Below, in pieces: positions 29,085-42,100 of a stretch of 64,000 nt of DNA (positions are counted from its first letter, which is position 1; each line of letters begins with the position of its first letter). Under the pieces are notes generated by a model. That model did not search any database. It was not told the origin of the DNA and saw only the letters and a program-made list of their open reading frames with translations. Source of the DNA: Podarcis melisellensis (lineage: Eukaryota); the NCBI GenBank assembly GCA_964234715.1, contig OZ174278.1; one strand, given 5' to 3'. The position numbers and the translations under genes are program-made.

Positions 29085-30180
29085 GAGCTTCTTCACGAGC
29101 AGCCCCACATTCAGCCCATTGCAGTAGTTTAAGTAGGAGATCGCTTGAGCATGGACAACTGGAACCAGACTATTCTAGTCCAGGAACAACTGTAGATGGC
29201 AGTTTATTCTAAAATGGGCATAATTCTCCTGGCCACAGAAGCCACTTGAGACCCCAGTGGCAAGCTGGGATTCACGTGCCAAACCACTTGCACCATGAGG
29301 CTTTCCTCCCTCTTCCTTTCCATTATTGGCTCCAGGATGGTGGTGGTGAGGAGAACCCTTAGAACAGTGTGCAGAGGCAGGGGCGGGAATTGTTCTATCT
29401 GGTAATCTGATATACTTGAACAGATGGAACATTTGTAATATTGTGACATTGAATTCTACTCCATTAGTACTTCCAGTACTCAAAATTTCTTTTTGAGGGA
29501 GAGCGCAATCCCTCCCAGACCCGATGATGTACCCAGACACAGGAACCACCTACCATAGCACCTCCTTCTTAACAGTATTCAACCTCAGTTTACTGGCTCC
29601 CATCCAGCTCTTCACTGCTTTCAGACACTGATCCAACACCTTCACAGCCTGTCCTGATTCAGATGGAATAGATAAAGCTGCATGTTATGAGCATACAAAT
29701 GGTACTTTGCCCACATCCCTGCATGACAGCTCCCAGTGGTGGGTGAATAAAAATCTAAAAAACAACACATCCATAAAAATACTGTAGGTGAAGCAGATCC
29801 TACCTCATGGCCAAGAAGGGAGAATTAGAGATTCGACAGTAGTTTTCTAAAATCCCTGGATCCAGGGAGAGCTTTTTCAAGAGACGCCTTTCCATAAGCC
29901 CTTTCCAGGAAGTGGGGATAACTCCCTTCTATAAAGAAACAACCACTCCCTGCATCAATCAAGTCAGTCCACTCCTACCATATTTTATTAGCCTTGATGG
30001 GCAAGGATCGAGACGGCATATAGTCACCCTCACTTTCAGGCTCCTATCCATGTCATCAGGCTGCAACAACTGAAACTGATCACACAAACTGAAACTAAAC
30101 CATGATCCTGGGATCTCCAATGGGACTAGAATAAGCGTGACTACAGTGTGCTGTATTGGCAAAATAATAGCCAATGTATG
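29085..30180 (-). mobile_element. Decayed L2 LINE ORF2 (RT region) with internal deletions
   Basis: Minus strand gives DQFQLLQPDDMDR...TICRLDPCPSRLIK (L2 'TTC.LDPCPSWLIK'), HLYAHNMQLY (decayed YADDTQLY, ~29672-29702) and YCNGLNVGLLVKKL (~29085-29126). Confidence 0.8.
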
Positions 30181-32075
30181 TTACTAGATTTTAAGATCAG
30201 TTGTAATATTGTGAAGCATTCAAACAACCTGAATCTAGTGGTGGTAAACTCACTAGAGGGTTTGAGCGACATAGATCATAACAGTATCCAGCCATACATT
30301 TAGTTTTTGCTGTGTGTGTGGCATTTTAGAAGATATATCCCACTTCTTTCTCACGCAGGTTGTAATGCCTCTTCTTTGATGCTTTACTTGCATGCATAAT
30401 TTGAAAATAAAAAGTGTCTTGTTTGTTCAGAACTACTGGTTTTACTCAGTGCAGATTGAGTAAAACTTGTACAAATAATGGACTAAGTTTTCTCTAACTG
30501 TGTGATATCCCCACCATTTTTAGAAGTTAGAACCCTACCGCATGCTTTAGTCCCGTTCATTTCAATTCGTCATGGGAATGCTTCATTTTCTCTGGATTTT
30601 GATCTGAATCCTTCCGAGTCAGTCCATCCTGAGTTTAAGCTGCATTGATTTAAAATGTTTAACTTTTGCCCGGTTGCTATCCACAGTCTTTTATATTATC
30701 ACTGCATTTTTAGAAATCTTCCAACTTCCAGAGGACAGAAGTAGGAATTGATATAAATGCCTTCTGATCATAGTACTTAAATTGAACTCCTGGTATTCTG
30801 GATTTTCTGTAGTGAAGAGAAATGAGTGTCTGTGTTTACTTGCACTGGAAAATGATTTATTAAACTTCAGGGGAAAATATATTATGTGATTATCTTAAAA
30901 ACTATTGCCGTTAGGTGAGAATTTGGGACATTTTGTGTATTCCGTGGATCACCACTCTTTGTGCCCTTGCACACAGAGCACCTTTGTCCAGTGGCACAGC
31001 AGACCTGGAGCAGCAAGGGAGGAGTCAACCTCTCATGGCACCTTTGAAAGATCTCATGAGGGGCTGATCCGCTGAGTGCTTAAAAGCCTCAACTGCACAG
31101 CAGTCAGGGTCATTATCTTGTAGAAGAGTTTTGTTTTTAAGTCACTGAATGTTCTATATGAGTGGTTTTCAGACTTACCACATTCAGGGAACCATTTCTG
31201 TGTTAATTTATGAGCTCAAGGACCTTTGTAAAGTTCCTGTTGTTTTGAATGATTCAGGATGCATGTTCTAGGGAACACTTTCAGTACTCATGGGTGCCCT
31301 CTATATCGGACCTGAATTAAGAGTGCACCAGGACTTTCAACACCCATAAACACATACCATGCAGTCTAAGGAAAGATCAGTAATGGCAGAGAAGCTGTTT
31401 GGGGGCATTTTGTCAGAGTAGTTGAACACTACCCTGCTTGGATCACAAAACCCTTCTAGAGATTTTGTGAGTACTCAGTGGTCACACAAAACTCAGTGTG
31501 TTTGTATTTCCTCTCCTTGTCTTGCAGCCCCCCTCAAGGAAAACGAGGGGGGTTGTTTCTGGTGGCAATAGGGAGTACTGCCCCCATCCATTCATCTTGA
31601 GGAAAAAGCTACATGAAGTGTGCCTCTCTGGCTTGAAGTAATGCTGCATGTCTCATTTATAACTGGGAAAGGGAGGCTTGTAGTCCAACCCACAATTCCT
31701 CAGTGAGGAATAACACTGAGTTATTTGATCCAGATTATGTCCTCTTCTAGACGTTTAAGGCTCACTGAGGAAGTCTGGTGTTGTCCCATCACAAGTTCAA
31801 AACACCCAGTACACTCAAAGGGCCTTAGAGGACTCCCATATTATTGCCATAGTAGCTCACTGAGCTGTCGTCTGTGCAAATAACTTGTTCCAGTTGAAGC
31901 CTTCTATATGTTGCCAGGACTGTAGCGTTGAAAAAGAGAAATATTTAACTTCCTAGAAAACCTAAATACAGTATAGAGAACTAACACAGAGTGCATAGCT
32001 TAATAATCTTGCGTTTGCGAAAGGAGAGATGATAGCCAGTAAGAATTGTATTCTTTATCATCTCTTTTATTTTAA

Positions 32076-32177
<102 letters not shown>

Positions 32178-33682
32178 TGAAGATGATGGTGTATCAGCAA
32201 CACATGTTAAAATGTGTTGTTTTACTGGTTTTAGTAGCTTTTGCATGAGAGATTTTAAAAAGACTCTGTAATTTTTATGTATTCTAAAAAATAAGTAGTG
32301 TGGAAGCGAAGTGTGTAAGACTACCAGTTTCTCATAATATTTACTAATAGCAAATTTAGGTGGTTGAATGCCTATTGGTTTGGAAACAAAGCAGAGCCAC
32401 AAAAAATAAGGTAGTGGTTTCTTCATACTTAATGGCCTGCATAGATACACAGAAGTGTAAATTAAAGGCTAGGGTTGTAAATAGCCCTCTCAAGGATCTG
32501 TGAGCTTCAAAAACATACAGAATGTTGAAGTCTCAGCCGAGTGAGTGAAGTGGGAAGAAGAGGGAATTAATCTGATCCTTATCCTGGATTAGGGGTGGGG
32601 TGGATGAATCCCATAAAAAATTATAAAATGCTAACGTTTGCGGCTGAGAGCCATCCCATCTCTTACTACGTTGCTCAGTGGGTTGTCCATTTGCTTTTCT
32701 CACCCCTTGAAACTCATTCTCCATGAGGCCTGAGCAAGACTACAGAACTCCTATTTCAGCTGCCTGGAATGCTAAACAAGAAACCTGTGTATCAAACAGG
32801 TATCTCTCTGGAGTTAACACAGGTTAAATCATTTCCTCTCTCTTTTGGTCATTTACACATTGCTTTAGTATAGCATGAGTTCAATACATTTACTCACATT
32901 TAATATTCTATAATTTAGAATATTTTATTCTGAAGTGCCTTATTTATTTATATGCACATAATTTTAAACTGCACTTTAATATGAAAATATCACAAGGCAG
33001 TATAAGAACTGAAAAGACAGTGTTACACTAAAAATAATTAAAACATCAAACACATTAGTAAGAGCTTAGGTTGAAAGTGTGTCTGAAGAGAGTTTTTAGA
33101 AGACATCTAAAAACAAGGTATGACTCCTGCTAAGCCTCTATTGACACGGAGGTCCAAAGGGCATAGTCTGCCACATAAAAAGTTCGACACTTGTTAAAGG
33201 CCAGCCTAACCTAAGGGGCATGGAGGCTTACCAAATGTGCCCCATCGGAACAAAACAGTGATCAAGACAGATCATAATTACAGTAAAACTGTACAGGGAA
33301 AGTAATATTTGTAGGAATTGCTATCCTTAAGAGTAATTCTGAAGCATCATAGGATGAGACTGCCATAGGACAGCTTTCATAGCTACACAGGCTGGGCAAT
33401 TTTTGTTGGGTTCACAGTTGGGAATGGAAGGATTAAACACTCTTCCCATGCACTGTGGTCCCCTTCCTGTCTGTTAATTTCCCTTCCCCCCCCCCCATGG
33501 GTCACATGTAATTTTTTCCTGTAGGGATTTCTTTACACAGTCTAAATGGTGCAAAAACCTAGATTAGGAAGGGTATGGGATAGATTCTGGGATTGTCACT
33601 CATTGCACCCCAATTGGCAATATGAGAAAGACTGTGCTGCTGTTTGGGATGGAGAGCACCTCTCTGGATGAGAAGTAGAGTA

Positions 33683-34038
33683 CAGTGGTGCCCCGCAAGA
33701 CGAACGCCTCGCAAGACGAAAAACCCGCTAGACGAAAGGGTTTTCCGTTTTGGAGGCGCTTCGTAAAACGAATTCCCCTATGGGGTTGCTTCGCAAGACG
33801 AAAAAAATCTTGCATCCCCCCGCGGGTTTTTTTCGCTTTTTTCGCCCTTTTCTTAAGCCGCTAAGCCGCTTATCAGCTGTTCCGCTGATAAGCCGCTTAA
33901 CAGCTGATCGCTGGAAGCCGCTTGACAGCTGTAGCGCTAATCCGCTAAGCTGTCAATGGGCTTGCTTCGCAAGACGAAAAAACCGCTATACGAAGAGCCT
34001 CACGGAACAGATTAATTTCGTCTTGCGAGGCACCACTG
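33683..34038. mobile_element. Young Tc1/mariner-type MITE, 356 bp
   Basis: 22-bp TIR cagtggtgccccgcaagacgaa / ttcgtcttgcgaggcaccactg (1 mismatch), TA TSD on both sides, CpG-rich. Confidence 0.93.
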
Positions 34039-35124
34039 TATCAGATGGACATTAGTTGTGGGGGGAAATTTCCCTGATTGCTTCTATATGACCTGTTTAT
34101 TGAGCATTCTATTCTGATTTGTTTGTGGGAAGGTTTAAAACATCACATCAAGCAATTGTTACTCCATACTTTCCAGTTTATTTAACCATCACTTTGCTTA
34201 CTGCAAAAAGTCTAACTTGCGGGGCTGGGGCATAGGTTTGCCATAAAGTGATTGAATCCCACCTGCACAATAGCACCTGCCTTGAAGTGCCCTCTTTATG
34301 AGAAGCTGTTAGTAGGAGGATTCCTCCTGAAGGTGAGAAAGACAAGCGAAATATGTTTCAAGTGGTCTTTGAACTTTTCTCTGGCCATTTCTATGTCCAG
34401 TCTGCTGAGTCAAGTTGAGATTCAACTCTATGGGAAATTGCACTGGTAGGATATACATGCCACAGCAGTGTGAGAAATTCTGTCTTAACAAGTGGGAGAC
34501 TAATACTTTAATTCTTTACAAAGAGAGTTGGGCAAGCTCATTTAGATAACATTTCAGGAATGTAAGGTACCGGTACTTGTCTTTAACATCTAATGTAAAG
34601 AACATTGGATTGGCTATGAATGCTGTGAACTTAACTATAGTTATCTATTAAGGGATGTAAAATCCAAATAGGTAAACTTGTGAAGCTAATTAGGCATAGT
34701 TTTTCTTACCATTCTGCAAGGTTGATGTTCAGTGTTTTGCAGAACATATCAAAACTGAGGAAAACAACACCAAAAATCAGTCATGTCTGGCAAAGGAGTA
34801 TAGCCAGGACACACAACAAGGAGACACAGCTGCACTTTTTGAAGGACAAAGCCTGTTAGCCCACAGGACTAGAGAAGCAGGCTGGAAAAAAGAGATGCAT
34901 GTTTGGGCCCCACCAACACCAAGCTCACCTTTTGCATGCCTGGTATTAACTTTCATGTTAGATGCAAAAGTGTAGAAGCTTACAGGTCTAAGCCCCACAC
35001 CCACACTACACATTCCCTAAAGCAGCTTCCAGGTATTCAACAACAGATTCAACCGGGACTAGATTGTCTGACTAGTCCTAGCTCTGTGAAACAGCATATG
35101 TGTCAAATGTAGGACGTGTTCTAT

Positions 35125-35255
35125 GAAGAACATAGGAAGTCCTTAGGCTGTTGGCCCAAGTAGTACAATAGCTCTCCAGGGTTTCTTTCAGGGTTCTCTC
35201 TCCCAGCCCTACCTGGAGATGCCAAGGATATACTGTACCTCCGAGTTATGGCCCA
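35125..35255 (-). mobile_element. Degenerate tRNA-derived squamate SINE (Squam2-like)
   Basis: gaacataggaag...gctctccagggtttc...cccagccctacctggagatgcca is the reverse complement of a common squamate SINE body as recalled. A weaker + strand relative lies at ~42230-42380. Confidence 0.5.
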
Positions 35256-36955
35256 CTAGAAAAACTGGGAGAAAGTCTCCCACATTGCGCACTTGAAAGC
35301 ATATGCAGTCCCCAAGGACCAAACTAGATGTATATTAAATGCCTATTTGCGCTTACATGTACAACCCTTTCTTTCCCTGATGTGGTCTGACAAAATATTG
35401 CTCCTTTGAAGCTGTTATTTACATCTGGAGAAAGCCCTCTATTGGGTATTGCTTCAGAGTTGATTTGGTAAGCAGCAGCTGCCTCGGGGCTATGCTCATT
35501 TGTGCTCTTTATAGTATTGGGAGAGGGGAATGTCTTTAAGGCTGTTGGGAGGACTGCAACAAGACCCAAGAGTGATAGTAATGGTCGGTAGCTGCAACAT
35601 GTAGTCTGTAGAGGTTGGTGAGCATCAATGAGAGAGAGCTGCCACCTATGCACTCATCCATGTTCCTCCTTGAAATACTTCCTGTGTTGGGGAGGTTAGG
35701 AGAGACTCATCACTAAAACTACAATTGTTCCTACGCTGTAGGGAGCAGTAGTATAAAACTTTGCTCAGCGTCTGTTTGTTCTGCTCCATGTGACCAGGCT
35801 GTTCTCCTGAAATGCAAAAGGGTACATTAGGTTTTGAGTAGCCATACAATTATTGAAGAGGAGTGCCTGGCATTTATCAATTTTCGAAGGCTGATAACCT
35901 CTAGCCAATCCCCTTTCTGAAGAGTGCATGTTTTTGGTGACCTGTGTGGAAACATTGCTGCTGGCTGATGAGTCAGGAAGCATTGATTATGCCACACAAT
36001 TTAACTAAATTATTGTTGACAATATTGGAGACATGGGGAGATATATGCTGCAGTCACAATCAGATAAATAGTTTCTCTCTTCCCACCACCTTTGCTTATC
36101 TATGTGGGATATATTCTTGTATCCTCAGTTGGCGTAATAGAGCAGAAGTTCCTGCTGTGGAAAGGAGATGATCCTGCAGCAGAGTACTTGTAAGGGGTCT
36201 GAGATAAGTAGCATTAATAGTGTGTTCTTCCTCTATTTGTTCAGAAACCAGGCTGTTTGTATAAAGTGTAATATTTTATCATAGAGCCAATCACCAAAGT
36301 TCCCTCCAAGGGTATATGACATGAGGCTAGATGTGATACCAAGCTGTGGAATCTGTTTTTAAGGATTTATATTATGTTGTGGATTTGTTATGATTGAGTG
36401 CAGAGTTGGTTGCAACTCTATACACTGTTGTGATGGTGTGGACAAAGCAAAAGGAAGTGAGGGGGCAATATATTTTGGCTCTGCCTTGCTCTCAGTAGAA
36501 GTTTTGCTTTGCTTCTTTGACTTGCACCATCTCTGTCACTAACATAACATTATGCCAACATGTAAGGGCAGGAGTAGGTCTGAGCGATTCAGACTTAGAA
36601 TACTTCTCCCTCCACCTACCTTGTATATAGCCCATTTCCAGCCCCCAAGCCAGTACAATTCAAGCAGTACTGGAGAGAAGCTGCTGTAGCACCGAGTCCC
36701 TGCAGTAGTATTAACTTGAAGATCCATTGGCCAGGAGGCTAATAGGCCCCTAAGTCAGTGCTCTTGTTTATAATGGCAGTGAGATTATTCTTACAATAAA
36801 TCCTTCTTGTTTTGCTGCCAAGGGAATGATATCAGTTTAGATACAAATGCTAAGGATTAATTCCAATGTCAATTTTGCACTACAAATAGTTTGATACCTT
36901 GTATAGCTGTACTATATGTACTATTTGATACCTTGTATAGCTGTACTATATATGC

Positions 36956-37320
36956 GGGACGCAGGTGGCGCTGTGGGTTAAAGCCTCAGCGCCTAGGACT
37001 TGCCGATCGAAAGGTCAGCGGTTCGAATCCCTGCGGCGGGGTGCGCTCCCGCTGCTCGGTCCCAGCGCCTGCCAACCTAGCAGTTCGAAAGCACCCCCGG
37101 GTGCAAGTAGATAAATAGGGACCGCTTACCAGCGGGAAGGTAAACGGCGTTTCCGTGTGCGGCTCTGGCTCGCCAGAGCAGCGATGTCATGCTGGCCACG
37201 TGACCCGGAAGTGTCTCCGGACAGCGCTGGCCCCTGGCCTCTTAAGTGAGATGGGCGCACAACCCCAGAGTCTGTCAAGACTGGCCCGTACGGGCAGGGG
37301 TACCTTTACCTTTACCTTTT
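36956..37320 (+). mobile_element. Full-length Sauria SINE (Squam1/POM-type)
   Basis: gggacgcaggtggcgctgtgggttaaa (box A) ... ggttcgaatccc (box B) ... gtgcaagtagataaatagg ... (accttt)n tail. 15-bp TSD tatagctgtactata. Confidence 0.95.
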
Positions 37321-37384
37321 TATAGCTGTACTATAGGTTTTCGGAATTGCACACAATTGCAAACTGTGCATCAGTTTGTATATG

Positions 37385-37624
37385 CTGAATGTGGCGTAAT
37401 GGTTGAGAGCGTAAGCTTTCAGTTGGAAGTTTCCAGTTTAGTCTTCAGCTCTGTTATTAACTCACTTGGAATTCCTAAGTGAGCCTCCATCTCAGCTATC
37501 CTTATCTGTTACATCAGGATAATACTAATGGCTTGCCTTCAGTGTTTTCTGAGGATCACTGACAATGTATGTGAACCACTTGTGAAGCCCTTAGGAAAAG
37601 TGCAGTGTAAAACGCTTATCATTA
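37385..37624 (+). mobile_element. Old MIR/Ther1-like CORE SINE
   Basis: tgtggcgtaatggttgagagc head, tctcagctatccttatctgttacatcaggataata CORE-like block, aatgtatgtgaaccactt L2-like tail. Confidence 0.6.
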
Positions 37625-38740
37625 GTTCTGAATATTGGTTCTGCCTAAAAACTATGGATGCATCAAGGAATTAGCTAGTTGATTCTTGTTAGCATGCAAG
37701 AGGTCATAGTAGATATTTGCTTTTTTTCTTGCAGTTCCAGATATGCAGTTGAATGAATTGGAAGATTTTATACACTTGAATTAGTTAAAGTTCTGCCTAA
37801 TTATAAAATAATTTCCATGTGATACATAGCTAAGATATATTCTGTCAGTTGTGTATAATTTAGTTTAATACAGTAATAGTATGCAACAATACAAAAATTA
37901 GTTTTTCTGCTTATTACTATGAATTAATGATGGTGTGGCAGTGCAAACAACCTCTAAGTATACAAATTAATATTAGAAAACTTTCTAGAGGAAAAACATG
38001 GTAGCATGAACTGTTGCAGAATACATTCTGATAGGTTCATAAGGAATTGCAGTTCCTTCAAGGAGTTCAGAACTAGGATACACAGAGTTATCCATTTTTT
38101 TGTAACTTTAGAGTCCCTTTCCACCTTTGTTTTCACTCTTCCCCAGCAACTTGTTTTGTCCATACTGATACAAAATACTTTATGTTTCCTAGTCCCACTA
38201 AAATGGCTATTTTTGTAGTCCAATTACTCAAGGGTCTTATTGCTCAAAGGGAATTTCCATTAGAGGTCTTCCTGCACGGAACAAACTAGGCCTAGTTGTA
38301 GATGTAAGCCTAGTCTTGTAAAGGAATAAACCATGACAGCTCTAGATATGAATGATCACAGTTCAGAAAAAGCAGAATCATCCATTCTTTTGTGCCAAGT
38401 TCAAGGAGAAGCGCCGGTGTGGTTGCACATGTGATATCAGGATGTTGGGAGTATCTGTGCGTGGAACTGAATGTGGCAGCTGCATGGCTACATGGCTCCT
38501 CCTCTGCCTCTTCCTGTTGCTGCCACTGGCGGAAGGTTGCTTAAACCCTTCTTCCTGTCCCTGGCAGGAGGAGGAGAAGGAGCTGGCCACTGGAGCATTG
38601 CGCTTCGCCTCTTTCTTTTTTTTTTTTTTTGATATGGGAGGCAGGCCCCCATCCCCAAAATATTCAGGGGCTTAGCCCCCAGGAGCTGGGGGTGGGGACT
38701 AAGTTCAAGTAACCTTAGTTTATAGATACCTGTTACTATA

Positions 38741-38741
38741 G

Positions 38742-38776
<35 letters not shown>
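38741..38776. repeat. (GC)5(AC)13 compound microsatellite
   Basis: Read directly. Confidence 0.95.
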
Positions 38777-38782
<6 letters not shown>

Positions 38783-39047
38783 TGTGTCTGTGTGTCAGTG
38801 TTCTCTCATCCCATCTTAGTAAACAGTTTGATTCTTTCAGTGCAGGTGGTACTGGCACAAGGGAAAGAACAGTATAAAATAATTAATACTGAACAGATGG
38901 GTGACCTAGTCATCCTTGCATCATTATCATTATTATGAAATTTACATTCTGTCTCAGAGGTCCACTTAGTTATTATAGTGAAGAATGTAATTCTCCACTA
39001 GCTCAGCAGCTCAGGGCAGTCTGTAATGACTTGTACTAAAACAGAAA

Positions 39048-39180
39048 GGTGGATATGTTGGTCTGTAAGAAAGACAAACAAAAACCCACAGTTGACAACG
39101 CAGTTGGTTAGTAGGACTAACCAAAACGTCACAAAATTGAGGCAAGCTTTCAAGCTCTCCAGCACTCTTCTTCAGGCAAA
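39048..39180 (-). mobile_element. Old Penelope-like pLTR relic with degenerate hammerhead core
   Basis: Minus strand reads gc-CTGAAGA-agagtgctggagagctt-GAAA-gctt-gc. The distal tgttggtctg matches the reverse complement of cagaccaaca in the 48164 element. Confidence 0.6.
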
Positions 39181-42100
39181 ATGCCTACACAAAGGGCAGA
39201 GTGTTAGCAGGAGGAAAAATAAAATCAAAATGTCCAAAATTTAGGATGAATGTTGTAGCTTGTTTTGCCTAGTTACCAGGGAGTAACTATAGGTTACAAT
39301 GTATCAAAACAAAACAACTAGTTCTACATCTCCATCGATGCTTTCTATTTAGTGCTTTTCAAACAGCAAACCACTTTTGAAACTAGGGTGTTTTCAGAGT
39401 AGTTTGTGATGAAGCATTGTATTCTGCCACCCTCAGAAAGATAACATTCCTCCTGAATAAGTGCAAGCCATTTTGAGGAATTAAATACAGGCTATATTTC
39501 AAAAGCCTACTTCAGTCGCATAATACCAGTATATCCTAGAAGAGGTGTGCCTCTCCTCTCCCCAATTTCTTCTTTGAACAGTTAAGCCTACTTTGTATCA
39601 CAAACAGTTTTTGAATATATATTCTATTTAAAAATAAGTTACAATCACTTGTGGGGGAAAGAAAAAACATCACAGGTTTTAAATATATTTGGGCTAATTT
39701 TGAGGGTCTTTGAATCTGGCCCATTATTGCCTGGGCTATGACCAGAACATTTTTTAAATGGGGATTCATTTATTTTATAAAAATTGCTGCTCTCCATTTC
39801 CCCTTTCACTAGGCCCTCAAACAGAACATCTGAACCCTAAGTGATTAAAGTTAACCCTGTTTAAAAAATTTACAAGTGATTTGAAGACATGGTCTGAAGG
39901 CTTAATTATAATCATAAGCCTAAGCATAATCATCTGAAAGTGAAAGCTATTGATAGGATTTCCAAGTAAAGAAGTTTAGGATGTTAAGTGTATAAATACA
40001 GGGGGCTTTGTAAAAGGAAAACAATTATATGATTATTAAAATAGCTATTATACTTTCAGAATTAAGTTATTGATCAGTTTAAAGTTATGATTCATATACA
40101 AGGCTCTTCCGACTCCAAGCATTTTTCACAATCATGCCTAAGAGGAGGACTTGGAATCTGTGACTCTCTTCACCCTAAACTTCTGTGTCTCTGTCATTCC
40201 AGGCTCTGCCTCTTATCAACTGTAACGTGAGTAATGCATCCTGAGTCAGAGGTAACACCCACCTACTACTTGACAGAGTCAAACATTTGGGTCAGTAAAG
40301 CTTCCAGCTTAAAAGGACCTTTTGCTATTAGAGTATATTCACAAAATTGCATTTTAATGTTGTAAATTAAGTAAATTAAGTAAGTTTTGAGTACTCCTTT
40401 TAATTTTTAAAATCAGGTGCTTTTTATGAAACCTTTAAAATGAGAGCCTTACTCATATGAAGTCTTCAAGAAATACATGCTTCAGGGCTTTATGATTAAC
40501 ACACACTCCTGTTACTTCAGTTCACATAATTTTGCAGCACTTTTGCAAATAAATAAATAAAAATTTATATTAATTATACTGTGTTTAAAAGCTCTGCATC
40601 CATTCTTAAAAGTATTGCTTTTGAGCATTATTAAATTACATTAAATAGACCATAATACAAAAATAGATTGCACCTAGAGCTTCGGAAAAATTGTCTTTGG
40701 CTGCAATCTTATATAAACTTACAGAGGAGTAGTCTCATTCAACTCAATGAGGCTTACTTCTGAGTCAGCAGATATATGGTTACATTGTTGTTATTTATTT
40801 GGTTCCAAATTTTAACAACTACAGAGATATCTAAAGAGTTACGTTTTGCATTGTACATTAAAATTTTAATTTTAGAGACAGCATAAATACAATGTAGGGC
40901 GTTCTTATAGTGGATAATGTATTGACTTCATTTTTTATTTACATAAATGTGGACAGGGTAAGCAGTGATTTAAACATTATATGTCTCTTTTGATTAGCTA
41001 CCAAAATTTTATGCAGTGTACTCCGCTGTCTATCATAATCAGAATAGAGAACATTGTATTTTGGCTAAGAATGTGCTTATAACTAAGACTAAATGAAGGA
41101 GTTTGTCAGAAACTAATCTTTCACTGAAGAAAAACTAGAAAATCTTATCAGCAATTCCATGTTCCTTTCTAGACAATTTATTATTAGATATTTCTGATGA
41201 CACACCTTTTGCTATCTAAAATATGCTCAGTCTGTCTTTTCAAAAATAGTCATTTAATTTATTATGCTTTTGTGAAAATTTTTATGAAAAAAACTATGTA
41301 AAAAACAAATCAGCCATCTTTGGTCAAAAGGTCTACTACATGTCTGCCACTGCCATTGTTACATTAATAGTGTAAAAGGGAAATTTGAATGGCACAGTTC
41401 ATTGGGAAAAGATTAAGTTCATGTTTGTGTGTATGTGTGTATAGATTAAGATTCTTGCACACCTTTAATCTGTTGTGGGCTAAAGATTGGGCAGGCAGTG
41501 AAGAGGTACAGGGTCAAGGTTAGGAACAGAGAAAGAAGAATCCCTAGATGGAAAGCTCTGTAAAATATCTGGAATGCTGGGGTATTATACAGATTCTGAA
41601 TGCTTGTGTAGAAAAACCTCTCTATCAGCAAGTTTTAAAAGAAGATTTAAATACCCACAAGATACTATGATTTGAGAGAAGCCTTGATTTCTTGGCAACG
41701 TTTCAAGATTTGGACAATAAGTCAGGTTTTTAAAGAGGCAGATCCCCTAACTGCTATATGGCTCCTTTTCCATCTTTGGCTTGCTCAGTGACATACACTA
41801 TGTAAATGGGAGCCAAGGAACCATCTTCAAATGCTGGAAGAAGCTGTCAACTGCAAAAATAAGGTCTAGTTTCCGGTCCTCATATTTTTAACTGAGCCCA
41901 TGCATGGATCCTGCAAGATGGTGATTTTACTGCTACTTTATCTGAAGTGGATTCTGTAACTTCTAGCTCAGATTTAGCATACTTCTGAGCAAGGGCATAA
42001 TTTTTAAATGGCTCATTGGCAAGAGTGTTTCCTTGCCCCCCTGCAGAAAGAATAAATCTAGATTAAATAGAAGAAATGTGGGCTGACATTTTGATGCTGA

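Noticed and set aside
33683-34038. Spaced short repeats superficially like a CRISPR array
   Set aside because: Irregular spacing, 11-bp units, enclosed by TIRs with a TA TSD, eukaryotic intron, no cas genes.
35300-36200. Possible second DIRS recombinase relic on the minus strand (HSPEAAAA, FQENSLV, LSKV)
   Set aside because: Similarity is too weak to support by eye. It needs a profile search.
36956-37040. tRNA-like box A/B sequences here and at 47061, 52684 and 62511
   Set aside because: These are SINE heads with SINE bodies, tails and TSDs, not tRNA genes.
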